64,000 nucleotides of DNA. It comes from Phoronis australis (lineage: Eukaryota; Animalia; Phoronida). The notes below the pieces were generated by a model, which was not told where the DNA came from, ran no database searches, and was given only the letters and a program-made list of their open reading frames with translations. Positions 38,601-51,418 of this stretch are shown piece after piece (positions within the stretch are counted from its first letter, which is position 1; each line of letters opens with the position of its first letter). The stretch covers positions 187,759 to 251,758 of the forward strand of contig NMRA01000224.1 of NCBI GenBank assembly GCA_002633005.1. Reading direction: 5' to 3'. Position numbers and translations under genes: made by a program.

Positions 38601-39212
38601 CAACAGGTGATAATGAAAACCTCTGACGCACTTCACAAGAATGCTATCACACCAAGTTAAAACTTGTAGACATAAATTTCAGTTAAGATTATGCAGGACT
38701 CTAGAAAATTTCCACCAAACTTGCCTAAATTTGAATTAACATACCTCAGAAACGGTCGATCACATTTACACCAAACTGTCATATACTATGACCTATACAC
38801 TTTTTTCCTTCAGTTTTTAAAATGTTCCACTTTTGCATGAGGGACAATCAAAATAGGGCTTTCGTGACTTCAAGGACAAACTAAAAAATGCTTAAAACAA
38901 AAATAAAACAATTTAAAAACTACAGTATTTATGAGAGTTCATCTTGAACATTTACATGAGTTGAAATTTGGTCATGTTATTGACTACCGTTGTTTGTCTA
39001 TGAATGTACTGTCTTTATTTTTCTAAAAAGACCAGGCCATGCGACAAAGTTCATGACAGATTCATATAAAGTCAATCACAAAATTCTACAGGCTTTCTTC
39101 ATTCAAAACTTTTATACTTTTTGTGAGATGAAATCTATAGTTCTGATAAGTCATTTGGCTACAAACCATGAGACAAAAACTGCCTCGCTATAAGCCATAC
39201 ATAGCGCTGTCT

Positions 39213-39884
39213 TAAAACCCTACCACTGGTATGGAACACCTAAAAACCTACCACTGGTATGGAAAACCTAAAAACCTACCACTGGTATGGAAAACCTAAA
39301 AACCTACCACTGGTATGGAAAACCTAAAAACCTACCACTGGTATGGAAAACCTAAAAACCTACCACTGGTATGGAAAACCTAAAAACCTACCACTGGTAT
39401 GGAAAACCTAAAAACCTACCACTGGTATGGAAAACCTAAAAACCTACCACTGGTATGGAAAACCTAAAAACCTACCACTGGTATGGAAAACCTAAAAACC
39501 TACCACTGGTATGGAAAACCTAAAAACCTACCACTGGTATGGAAAACCTAAAAACCTACCACTGGTATGGAAAACCTAAAAACCTACCACTGGTATGGAA
39601 AACCTAAAAACCTACCACTGGTATGGAAAACCTAAAAACCTACCACTGGTATGGAAAACCTAAAAACCTACCACTGGTATGGAAAACCTAAAAACCTACC
39701 ACTGGTATGGAAAACCTAAAAACCTACCACTGGTATGGAAAACCTAAAAACCTACCACTGGTATGGAAAACCTAAAAACCTACCACTGGTATGGAAAACC
39801 TAAAAACCTACCACTGGTATGGAAAACCTAAAAACCTACCACTGGTATGGAAAACCTAAAAACCTACCACTGGTATGGAAAACC
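39213..39884. repeat. 28-bp minisatellite, about 24 near-identical copies
   Basis: taaaaacctaccactggtatggaaaacc with internal palindrome tacca-c-tggta and no spacers. Confidence 0.97.
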
Positions 39885-41499
39885 GCTGCTGTGGTTAGAA
39901 TTACAAAATTTCCATGACATTACACAGATTGTTTTGTGGCTGGATTCCCCAACACACACTCTAATTTCAACTGGTCTGAAGTGATTCCCAACCAACTGGT
40001 CTCAAGTGAGTAGTAACATTTCTGCAAAAGGATGACACTAAAATAGTAATTACCTCAAGGAGTATTCTGGGTAGTTGTAAAAAAAGCACTCAATAATACA
40101 AAATGTTGCAAGACACATCAGTTCAAGAAATGTTTCGTGAATAAAATACATACACCACGAAATCTCATTCGGAAGATAATTCATACTTTGAATAACCCTA
40201 ATTAAAAAGGAGAAAATTCTCAAATTGCAAGTGGCCTCCGTAACAGCAAAACATCAAGAGTGTGAAAACTAAGACTCGCGCTTCAAACGCTGTACCAACT
40301 GAAGAAAAATACCACCAGTTAACTCAGGGACCCAGTGTTAAATTTCTTTTCAAACTAACAGAAAGTGGAAGCAGATGGAACAGGGAAGGAAGTGGATCAC
40401 CAGATGGCAGTGGCGACAGTTAGCTGGCAGCAAGACAGACAGTCAGTTGGCAAGCATTATACAAGGCCAGAGAACCAACAATGTTGAGGGTTCACAAAGA
40501 CTTTGTGATCATTATTAGACAATCAGATTAACTGGATGGCTCTTATAAACTATGAGTTGTCAGCAGTTGACAAGATGGAATCAATACCAAATCTGCGCTC
40601 ATTTCCAGGAGCCAATTGACAACAAGCTAAAATGACAGGAAATAAAATAACCAGAGGATATAATGTTGGCCAGACAGCCCAAAAGAAATGCGATTTCTCA
40701 TCGAATCAGAAACACAGCTTGATATGTGTAAATTGGATAAACAGCCCACTAATGTTTCGCCGGGGTTCCTCCACAAGAGGGGGTTGGTTAAAAAAGCCAT
40801 AATATCATGACATCCTTTGAGTGAAATAACTGTATTCAAGCATTGTCGTGTTTCCTGGAAACATGATGACATACATAACATGCATTATGAGATTTTTTGG
40901 TATTTTGCGACCACAATTTAGGCTCACAGTGGACTTAGAAGCACCGAACTATCTCTTTGTTGCCAGACAGTCATTTAACAAGTATTGACCAAGTTCATTC
41001 TGGGTATTCCATTTGTATATTTTTCATCATTTTGTATTTTTTGTATTATCTCGGATGGGCATTTAGTTGGTTTGAATGCTTTCTTGGAAAAGAATCCCTT
41101 TTAAGGAGAACCCCCCGGAAAAGTTCAGTTTGAAGCAGACGAACTGAACACACTGGAACAGAACAGCTGACATTCCAAACATGGAGAATGGCATAAAAAG
41201 GTGGTCACATTCTTTGACATAACCCAAGGCTGAAGTGACATTGTTGAAGTGAAACAGGAATCAAGCACCCAAAAATATGAGCAGAGTACAAGAACTGCAG
41301 ATTACTGTAGTTTCCCCAAATTCAAACAAAAATGATTGCCAAAATTGTCATGTTCCATTTCTAAAATTCTCACAGCATTGTGAAAAATTCTCAGAATTCT
41401 ATGATCTATTTCCTGCACAATATGAACTGCACAAATAATGCAATAAGAACACAAATGCATCACAAATGGTGTGCTTTTAGAGTTGTTTATTTGTATCAT

Positions 41500-42535
41500 T
41501 GAAATGGCCACTAAAAGGCGCAAAATAAGTCAAATCCATCTGAAAAACAGAAAATGTCATCGTTTCTTTAAAAGAAAGCTATTTACCACATTTCATTAAA
41601 ATTCGTCGAGGAACTTCAGAGAAACAGAGTAAAACGAAAAAAATGAAATTGCCACTAGGGGCACGGTGTTCGTCGGATCTGTCTAAAAGTCATCGTCTTC
41701 TCTTGATAACTTCATATAAATACACGTGCTAAATTGAATAAAGATCCTGCAGAGGGCTTAGGTATGGGTGCAAAAAACAAAACAGCCACTAGGAGGTGCC
41801 ACAGCAGTTGAAGTCATCGGAAAATCATTGTCAATCGTCCCCTTTCATAGAAAGTACATTCATGCCAACTTTCACAATAATCCTTAGAGCGGTTTGGTTG
41901 ACAGAGGGAAGGATGCCAAAAACAACAAAAATGGCCACTAGGTGGCGCAAACTAAGTCGAATCGATTCGAAAACGAGAGGATAGCATCATCTCATTAATT
42001 GATGTCTATGTGCCAAAATTTATGGAAATCCGTGGAGGACTTTTGAAGATACAGAGGTAAACGTAAAAAACTAAAATTGCCACTAGGGGACACACCGGTA
42101 CATCGATCTGTCCAAAAGTAGTCGACATTTGTTGTCAACTTCATATAAATATATTTGCTAAATTTAAGAAAGATCCTGTAGAATGTTTAGGAGATACAGC
42201 CATGGACGCAAAAACAAACAAACTGCCACTAGGAGATGAAACAGTAGTCGAAGTCGTCCGAAAATCATCGTCAACTGTTTCCTTCATAGTAAAAACATAC
42301 ATGCCAATTTTCACAATCATCCTTTGAGTGGTTTGGTTGTTAGCGGGGTGGACGCCAAAAAAAGACTTGAAAATAGTAAAAATGGCCACTAGATGGCACA
42401 AAATGCCTCGAATCCATCTGAAAACGCGAGGATAGCATCACCTCATTAATAGATGCCTATGTGCCAAATTTCATGAAAATCGGATGAGAACCATTGAAGA
42501 CGCAGAGGCGAACGTAAAAACTACAATTGCCACTT
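41500..42535. repeat. ~145-bp monomer satellite with trimeric (~430-450 bp) higher-order structure
   Basis: gccact(ag) cores at 41507, 41651, 41785, 41934, 42079, 42225, 42385 and 42529. Every third monomer is most similar. Confidence 0.78.
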
Positions 42536-42930
42536 TAACTTTGCACTCCAAACAGTACAGTGTTTGTTTGCGTTGGTTTTGTGATCAGCTGCAACACCAG
42601 AATCTTGCAATGAATTATCTCCTTATCATGTTGAACATCAGTATAGCCTGGGTAAACCATGGTCATGTGACTTGGTAAACAACCACAACGTCCCCCCACA
42701 CACACATCACCCAGTCAAGTGAAGCATAGTTTGGAACGGATTTGCTGCCGAATAAATAAACATTCAACAGTTCACTAACCTTGTCCAAGATAACAGCATA
42801 AGTAAATGACACCATTTTTAAAGTTCCTTTGTCCAGACTACATCCCACAATGAAATTTGCAAAGCACAATAACTGCTTGGAACTCAGCACATTTCAAACC
42901 ATTCCAAGTGAAGCTACTTTCAAGCAACTT

Positions 42931-43040
42931 GAAAGCTTATTTGAAATAAACATTAATGACCTACATTGAAGCATCTACATTTACTATAAATGTAGATGCT
43001 TCAATGTAGCTTCATTAATGTTTATTTCAAATAAGCTTTC
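42931..43040. repeat. Near-perfect 110-bp palindrome/hairpin
   Basis: Arms of 53 and 54 nt (42931-42983, 42987-43040), 3-nt loop, one mismatch and one indel. Confidence 0.92.
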
Positions 43041-46000
43041 GGGTATTCTGTGTAGTGTTATATAAATCCATTTTACCTCGTTCCTTCCCAAGATTAAGTG
43101 ATTTTTCCTTGTTCTTGAGATCAGGGACTCATCTCGCATTTGAAAAGCGGGGGTCCAAATTCGTGATAATAAAAAGAACATTCATCCAAGGTGAGGCACA
43201 ACTCATTAGTTGGTCTGTGTAGGTTACCCAGTCGCAAAACATTCAAAAATGAAAATGCAAAACATCAGGATCGAGGCCACAACACTTAGAACTCCCTGAC
43301 ATTGTTTCATGAAATAAAATGGGAAATAAGGAGTAAATCGTGTTCAAAAGCACAAAAATATTGGATAAAATGTCAATTCTGCTACACATCGAAAAGTGGG
43401 ACATTTTGATGGAGAGGCAAGATGTGGCACGAAGCTTTAAAAAGCAAAACGATCCCGCCAGAAGCAAGACTGTTGGCTAGTATACGGCTGCGACATTAAG
43501 TTCACTTCTCAACACTGCAGAATGAAAAAGCACAAAATTTGGAAGCAGGATAACAAGAGAAGACTATGGCCGCCACAACCATCATGGTCACCATGACGAC
43601 GGCATTTATTTCTTCGGTCGTAACTGTGAAATGCAAAAAGAAAATAAGGGTGGAAAGTATAGTTAAGCCAGAATTTATGCAACCACGCATAAACACAATG
43701 TTGATATATGTATATATCACCGTGTACGTCAAAAAGTATGCCATTCTGATGCTGCGGCGGTATGTGAAAGTAGCTTCAAGAACCGGGATGATCCTGCAGT
43801 TGGCAACTTTGATTTAGGCAGTGAAAGCAATGAGAATATGCTGGTGCCTAAAACAAACACTAGGTGTCACTTTAGTCCCTTCATCGCAGGCACTTTCGAG
43901 ACTTTCGAGTTTATTCAAAAACGGAATACCATACCTCTCATTTCTAGACTTACCAAGAGCGCTGTGGAGCAGAATATTGTATTCAGACGAGAGTTTGCAG
44001 GAGAGGAAAGTTTAGAGAGTACACCCCTGTAAGTGAATTTCAGTCTGTTGCTGTCAATGTTCTTAAACAGGACTCAAAGGGAAATGTTCACTGTTTCTGT
44101 GTAACACATTGAATACACATCAACACTTCACCACTGTGCTTATATGAACAAGCAAAGCAGCTCATCAAAAGTCAATTTTTAAATAAACTTATTCTGTTCA
44201 ATAGCCAAACAAATGGACAGTTCAAGTTAAATTAAGCATAAGAAATTGTGGGTTGGAGGCATTAATCTAGTTCCATGACTCATTGCACATCTATGACTTT
44301 ATCAGCTTATGATTTATATCAAAATGACAAGACTTCGCAACAACCCAGCTACCCTGACTGTTCGCAGCAGCCAGCACTGGACAACACAAATATGAGTTTA
44401 GAACTCATTCATCATCAACCCGGTCTCATTCAGACATAAGATTGAAAACCTCCAGCAACTGATCTTTTGGAGATAATTTTTGTTAAAACTGGAAGGAACA
44501 TGTAGCCCCATGTTTCATAGGGCTCATGCATGACAATTTTTCAATGTTTTCCCATTCTAGGTAATATCCAGTATGACACACTTAACAACACAGGGAAGAA
44601 GCAGTGTTCTGCACATACACTTTCCAAAACATGGACTGCTTTGGCGAGCACGCAGAAAGCTGCTCCCGATACCAGCAACACGAATACAACTCTACACTAG
44701 TGCCCCCTTAAGGCAAAGCTTTGGTTAACAGCACTTGGTTAACCAACAGCCACGGGGCTTTTTGTACCAGTTTGGTTAACCAAAACAAAATCTGCTTTCC
44801 AGTTAATATCCGAAGGTGTTAAACAGAAAATGAACAATTCGACGACATAAAAATTCAAGATTAATTTGCATGTCATTTAAACTGTTTTAAAAGACAGTTT
44901 TGTATATGCAAGAATCGTGTGAAGGAAGTTAGTGTGATCACATTCTTCGCTTGTAATGCATGGTTATAGTTCAAAAAGTGCTGTGTGATCTTGCATTTTT
45001 GGAAGGTTTTGGCATCTAGAGGGCATCCACGTGGGCCAGCTGACATCTGCTTTTATAATCACTACACTGAAGTGATCACTCTCACCCCCTGTAGAGGGCA
45101 CCTGAGTAGACCAGCAGACCGAGGCCACGTCTGCTCTTCTCATTAGTGTACAAGATAGTACAAGCACAACTTTTTGAGCTTTTTGTTATCACTACAAATA
45201 TCTGCTAATAATTGGCTTGATTTATTCCCTGCAAATGTCTGTCTATTTTCCCAAACCAGTGACCCTAAGCCTGGCTAATAGGCGCAAAAAACCTCAAGCA
45301 TCTGAACTATTCCCACTGGGTCAGTTCAGCAGGATTTTTTAAGCAAGACTTCATGCCCAGAGACAGTGATACTCTGGTAGAAAGAGGACATACACAGGGA
45401 TTATTTCGCCACTTCAAGACCAGAGAAAATCATCTCCATACACGTTTTAATTACTAAGCCACATTGATTTTGCTGACAGCTTTATTTTTTACAAAAAAAA
45501 TAAGAGGATGTTATTCAGACAAACAAATGTTTAGCTTTTCTTTGGTAATGAGACATTTCCTTACAAAAAGTGATGATATGACTGTGTGATGTTGCAAGGT
45601 TCAGAAAACAGTTGTGTTTGCAATAACACAATAAAGCAGCATGTATGTTGTTACTAAAAATAATTGATCCCAAACCATTAATCCACTCCCATGCAGTCTA
45701 CAGCAATGCATTATGGGAACATCACATACCTTCAATGAGTGAAGTAAGGGCAAAATCATTCTTTTCACATATTTTTCGTTAAATTCAAATTCACAAGAAG
45801 TTTAGGATGAGCCATCACTAATGAGACTGCATATGATAAAACACCAATGTTTTGTATTTTCTACTAGAATTAAATTAGTAGAAGCAACGAATACCATTTT
45901 AATAAAACAGTCGCTGTTGGATACATAAAGAAAGTCCCCTGAAAGACCCAAGAGGGTTTTTGCTACACAGATACAGAATGATTCATAAAACAGCATTATT

Positions 46001-47882
46001 GATTTTACTCGAACAAAACATAGCTTCCACCATTGATTAACAGTTGGCTTAGTTTGGACAGAATCGCTTAAAAACGTTCATCAAAAGATTTCCACAGTGA
46101 GATGACACTTGAGCTAGAACAAACATTGTTCAGTTGGTGAGATGGGTCATTGAAGAGCTCTGGCTATTCACAAAGAATGGAGAAAACACGACACACTATC
46201 TGCTAGGAAAGGGAGCAGTGCTTAACGAAATATGTACAATGGCAAAATCTCACTAATTTCGAACAGAAATATATGCTAAAACTTTTTTTTTTCGTTTTCA
46301 AAGTCTCCTAACATTGTTGCCAACGCTCACAATTTCCCAAAGTATTGCGCGGTGCACAAATTAAAGATTGATTTATTTTATGCCACCTAACTTTTACAAA
46401 AATGTGGAAAAGAAAAATTTCAATAATCCACCGTATTGTGTCCCAAAATGGTGAGGTTTTACCGCATGTGGGGTGTTGTGTGAAAAACTGAGGTTGCGCT
46501 GAGGATGTCGAAGGAAAAATCCATAATACTGGGAGTAACCAACCAATCAACTAACAAAGTTGATGAATTGAATAAATAACGAGTAGCCGACTGAGTCGAG
46601 GAAAAGAGATTAAAATGTCCAAACACACGCCCTATGACACAGTTCACCAAGTTGTGCATTCTGGTCTGACAATGGCATTCGTGTGTATTATTACTTAATT
46701 TTGGTTTTTAAACTTGTTTCGCTTTGATCAGACCACTAACGATAACAGTTGCCTTCAGAGCACGTTGTTACCATGAAAAATACTTTCATGATTCGATTCA
46801 GTTACTTCAACTGCCAGGTGGTAACCTCTTCGTCACCATCAACCCTTCGCAGATGGAGGGAAAGGGCACATTTAACAAATTGGATAGTGGAAAGCCTGTC
46901 ATCGGAAACCGGATGAAACCAGTTGATGAAAACTGAGAACGTACGCCTACATTTACAGCCAACAGGTGGCGACGTTACACACATCTCAAAACATAAAACG
47001 TTAATTGTTTTGATATTTAATTATTTTAAGCTGATCAAACATGACATATGAGTGTTTCATACGCGACAGTCTAATAGCAATGCATCAGAATCCTACAAAA
47101 CTAACTCATTCTAGGAGACAAAGACACAAAACAAATTACCTTTAAATTCGCTCTTCCAGGATTCAGTTCTGAAAAAATGGTAACGATTATTAAAAGTATG
47201 AAGTGTTCTCAATTTAACATATTAAATTAAAACCTTCCATCAAAACTAGCTTCTAGACTTGAGAGGCAATGGCAACGCTTCTGTGGTATATATTTTCAAA
47301 ACATTTTATAATGCTAGAAGCCAAATCAGACAAATAGAGATGACAGCCTGTACAGTGCCTGCTGTTGTAATGTTTGCTACACAAGAAAACTCAGAGCTAA
47401 AGTTTTCTCAGAATCCAATCTCTCTCGCACTTCATGATCGAAAACATTGAAGGGATTTGGCACAGTTGGCCTAATAATCTTAGTCTAACTGAACAATGAA
47501 CGTAAATTAATGATGACATATTTGACATCTCATGAAATAAAAATCATACCTTTGATATTTCTTCTTAAATCATTCAAAACCTGAAAATAAAGCATGATCT
47601 TTGAAAACAATCTGACCAATTTTCTATATCATATTGTAAAAATCACAAAATTTCAGTCGTAACAAACCATAGTTCTTGAGTTTGATGAATGGTGTCGCCA
47701 CTATACTGAAGAACAAGAACAAATCACCATAAATCTGTACTTGGTGATTTCAATTCTGATACAACAAACAATCAGAGATTGATCAATATTAGACCATCCA
47801 GAAGATGATTGTTTCTTACAAAAGCAGGCCACCATCATGGACTCTACTCAGTGAGATGGATTACATACAGCATTGGGGGTAA

Positions 47883-48027
47883 CATGGGTGGCGCAGCACT
47901 GAAAAAAGTGGGGCTATAGCCCCCCCCCCAAGCCCCCATGGTGCAACGCCCACAGACCATGGGCGGCGCACGCACTGACAAAAGTGGGGGACTATAGCCC
48001 CCAGATCCTTATGGTGCACCGCCCATG
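47883..48027. mobile_element. Two tandem ~70-bp mini-MITE copies
   Basis: Each has catgggcggcgca ... tgcaccgcccatg-type TIRs around aaaagtgggg-ctatagcccc. Confidence 0.6.
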
Positions 48028-48323
48028 GATAAGGTTTCATTGATATGACATTAAAAATTGATTTTTGCTCACTCTAACATCTTGATGAAAATCAAACATT
48101 AAGTTTTATTTCACGTTTAACACATTTTATTAATCTAGCAACAACAACCTAACATTTGGTGAAAATTCGAGAATTTCTAGCGTTAGAAAGAGTTTGCAAA
48201 ATAGAAAAATAATTAGAATAATTTTCTGTGAATAACTGAACAAGTTAGCGTCTAGTCAAAAGGAACTTATTTATTACAACTGCACTTCAATAATCTTAAT
48301 TTTCAAGCCACATTGGGATCCAT

Positions 48324-48725
48324 TGCCCTGTTGCATGAAACAGTTCCAAATAGGGACTTAACTGAGTTCCCTAAATCTACTGCGGATTTGTGGGCTTGTG
48401 AAAACACCGATTGTCCTTTCTTATGTTGTTTTAGTCTCATTTTTGGCTTTGATACACACCCAGAGTAAACTCTAGATTGAATTCTCAATATCATTGAACA
48501 TAAACAGTAGGAATTTTTTCATGCAACGTCCCTAATTAAAGGACAAGGTCCCAATTATTTTGATTGAATTAAGGGCTCAACTTTTAGTTAGATTATAAAA
48601 AATGTCATTAGTCAAACAGGACCTCATAATAAAGATAAAAATATAACATCCAATGAAACAAATATGCAAAAGATTTAGGGAACGTAGGTGAGTCCCATTT
48701 TGGGACTGTTTCATGCAACCGGGCA
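48324..48725. mobile_element. Harbinger-like MITE
   Basis: ~35-bp TIRs tgccc(t/g)gttgcatgaaacagt(t/c)ccaaa..gggact and 3-bp TSD CAT (48321-48323, 48726-48728). Confidence 0.8.
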
Positions 48726-48843
48726 CATGATCCCAGTCAACTCAGACTCGGACTCAGACTTGAAATATAACCAACCGCAGATTTTACATGAAGCACAACT
48801 GTCTAACTTTCCAGTCTAGTTGAGTACAGAGATTAGACATCAG

Positions 48844-49362
48844 AAGCGTGTTCAACAGCGCTAGCGTGTACTCGCGAACACAAGGAACAGCTCCTGAACA
48901 GCTGTGAGCGCTCACTGTGCGATCCATTATGGCGACTCTGAAGCAGATTGTGTTGAACGTCTTAGCCGATGAGCTTAACACCAACAGTCCTTCCTATGGC
49001 GTACTGAGCGATGACTATGATTAATCTTTGCCAATATTAATATTGGCAGCCCAAGAAAACTATGAAAGCTTTGGAACGACAAGAATCGAAAATTACATCG
49101 AGGAAACTGTTCCTCGCTACAGTGACCCGCAATTTAAATCGCACTTTCGGATGAGTCAGTCAACTTTTGAGGTTAGTTTTCGTGTTGCAGAACCATAATG
49201 GGTTCCTATGTTGCAGACGTGAAGCCTTCGCAGGACGCCACCTTGGAAACCTAAGCGAACATGCTCTCGAGGTTGTTTGCGAGCGCTCGCGAACGCGAAC
49301 ACAGCTGTTCAGGACGAGGGCGCTCAAATCGCTCGTGGGCGCTCACTTTATTGAACACGCTT
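48844..49362 (+). mobile_element. Internally deleted PIF/Harbinger transposon with N-terminal transposase remnant
   Basis: Perfect TIRs aagcgtgttcaa/ttgaacacgctt and CAG TSD. The frame 48929-49171 (one stop at 49022) ends RIENYIEETVPRYSDPQFKSHFRMSQSTFE, the FxxHFRMSxxTF motif of HARBI1-like transposases. Confidence 0.85.
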
Positions 49363-50921
49363 CAGGGCCAATGTGGTCAGCAGTCTGCATAACAGCACAC
49401 CTGTGACACTAGCTATGGTCAGTTAGTGGCTGCATATCAGGTCCAACACAATACCCTATCCATTCAAACACAGAGCCTTAGGTCATGAGATCAAGATAAG
49501 GAGGGATAGCTGTGATCTATGGGAAGTCACTTATACAAAACTATCAACAGGTCAACACAGATTCATAATGGCATGCACCTCAAGACTCCAGAACCAAGCT
49601 GCGGCCCATCACCTGCCACTCACAGAAAAGGTCAACAATTTCAGTGTACGGCAAAAATCTTTAGTTCGGGAAACAAAACAGCGGACAGGTGAAATGTCAT
49701 TTTGTCAAATTTCTCAAACAAATTCAGGAAAATCTACTTTGCTTTTTAGCCTGGTTTGTTTGACATAAGTTGTAGAGCTCTGTTACCAAACAACTTGTGC
49801 AACAACAAGGCAAGACTGTGAAAAATAGAAATATGGCAGTTTTAGAAATTATTTTTGTCCCAAATTGAAGAGACTTCACTGTACTCAGTTTTCAAACTCC
49901 AGTTTTTACTTGGTATTTCACATCACTACCGGGAGCACTAGAAATATGCTAAATACCATCATAGATTACAGACAACAGACTCACAACTCCGACATTTTCT
50001 TGCATAGTATCCTAGAGGAGGCACCACTCTCCTAAATTACCAATTTCAGTTTCCGGGAAATTCTTGCATCTATTTTACCGTCCAGTACAACGAAAAAAAA
50101 ATATGTCGGCATTAAAACGCTGTTCAAAGTCTTCCAATAGTACAACTGTTGGTATCGTCCGTACTTTTGGCAACCCAACCACACGACAGCCAACCGTGAT
50201 TAGCAGAAGACGGAAGTAAAACTTGCTAATTTTGCCAGGTGTCGCTATTGAATAGTGACGTCATGGCTTATGTGTAAGATCACAGATTTTGTCTATTGAT
50301 ATTATACGGAGTTGGCGGTCCATGGTACTATTAGTCTGTGATACCATGACAAATTTTGACAGCATGACTCTTGCTAGATGTGAATAGACGGGTAATGATG
50401 GTTACGTGCATGAAAAAGACTACAGTTATGCAATAATGCATTAGCTAGGACCAGTATCTATTTTACTCCCAGTGCATTAGTCATTTCAGAAATGGAAAAA
50501 CGTCTCTTTAAGGAATTATTAAGTCTGAAATTGGTGAATCTTCGTGACAAAGCTGTAAAGACTTGTGCCGTTTTTAACTATGGTAAATAGCTCAAACAAC
50601 CCTAGGTTGTATCAGACAGTCACCAGAGACAGGAATCAGTCTAGCTTGAGGCCCAGGACATTAGCTTCAACTAAATCATATGCAATTGAAAGAGGGACCA
50701 CATAGCAATCAGTTGACTCTATACCTTCATAATCTACCAATTGGCCCATGTCAACAGACCCCTTTACAATGCACATACACTTGCAGTGGACCATATAGAT
50801 CTAGTTTTACCATTAAGTTTTACTTGACTGGGTCTCCACATTATAACACCTCAGGCCATCAACTAAGACTCAAATCTCAAGGTAATAACCTGCTTACCTT
50901 GCAAAGAGTCTAGAATCCCTA

Positions 50922-51123
50922 AATACACATTTATCCATACAATACACATTTATCCATACAATACACATTTATCCATACAATACACATTTATCCATACAAT
51001 ACACATTTATCCATATAATACACATTTATCCATACAATACACATTTATCCATACAATACACATTTATCCATACAATACACATTTATCCATACAATACACA
51101 TTTACACATACATAATACACATT
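50922..51123. repeat. 19-bp minisatellite, about 10 copies
   Basis: Units of aatacacatttatccatac. Confidence 0.95.
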
Positions 51124-51362
51124 TTTGACACCTTCACCTTTTGTTACATTTGAAGTTGTTGCTTAAAAAAAATAATTTGAATTATCAGCAGGTGTACAAA
51201 GACGGTACTGACCTTATGAGTTCAGTCCCAGGTAAATCGTTAGTTCAACCACCTGGTAATCAGTTTCATTAATAATAACCACCTGTATGAACGACAACCT
51301 TGAACCCGCATATAGTCATATTCATACACTCAACTGGCAATAGTCAGATATAGCATGCTCAT

Positions 51363-51418
51363 ATTTTGAGAACCAGTTTGATGTCCATTATTCAGTGGAG
51401 AAAACTGGTTCTCAAAAT
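51363..51418. repeat. 56-bp hairpin element with a second, inverted copy at 19054-19105
   Basis: 17-bp perfect inverted repeats attttgagaaccagttt/aaactggttctcaaaat. The loop sequence is also shared with the 19054 copy. Confidence 0.75.

Noticed and set aside
39213-39884. 28-bp repeat array as CRISPR or telomeric array
   Set aside because: There are no unique spacers and the unit is not a telomere motif.
50208-50265. ETS-like CGGAAGT and CRE TGACGTCA as the dystroglycan promoter
   Set aside because: Short motifs like these are expected by chance in 64 kb, and there is no other support for a transcription start.
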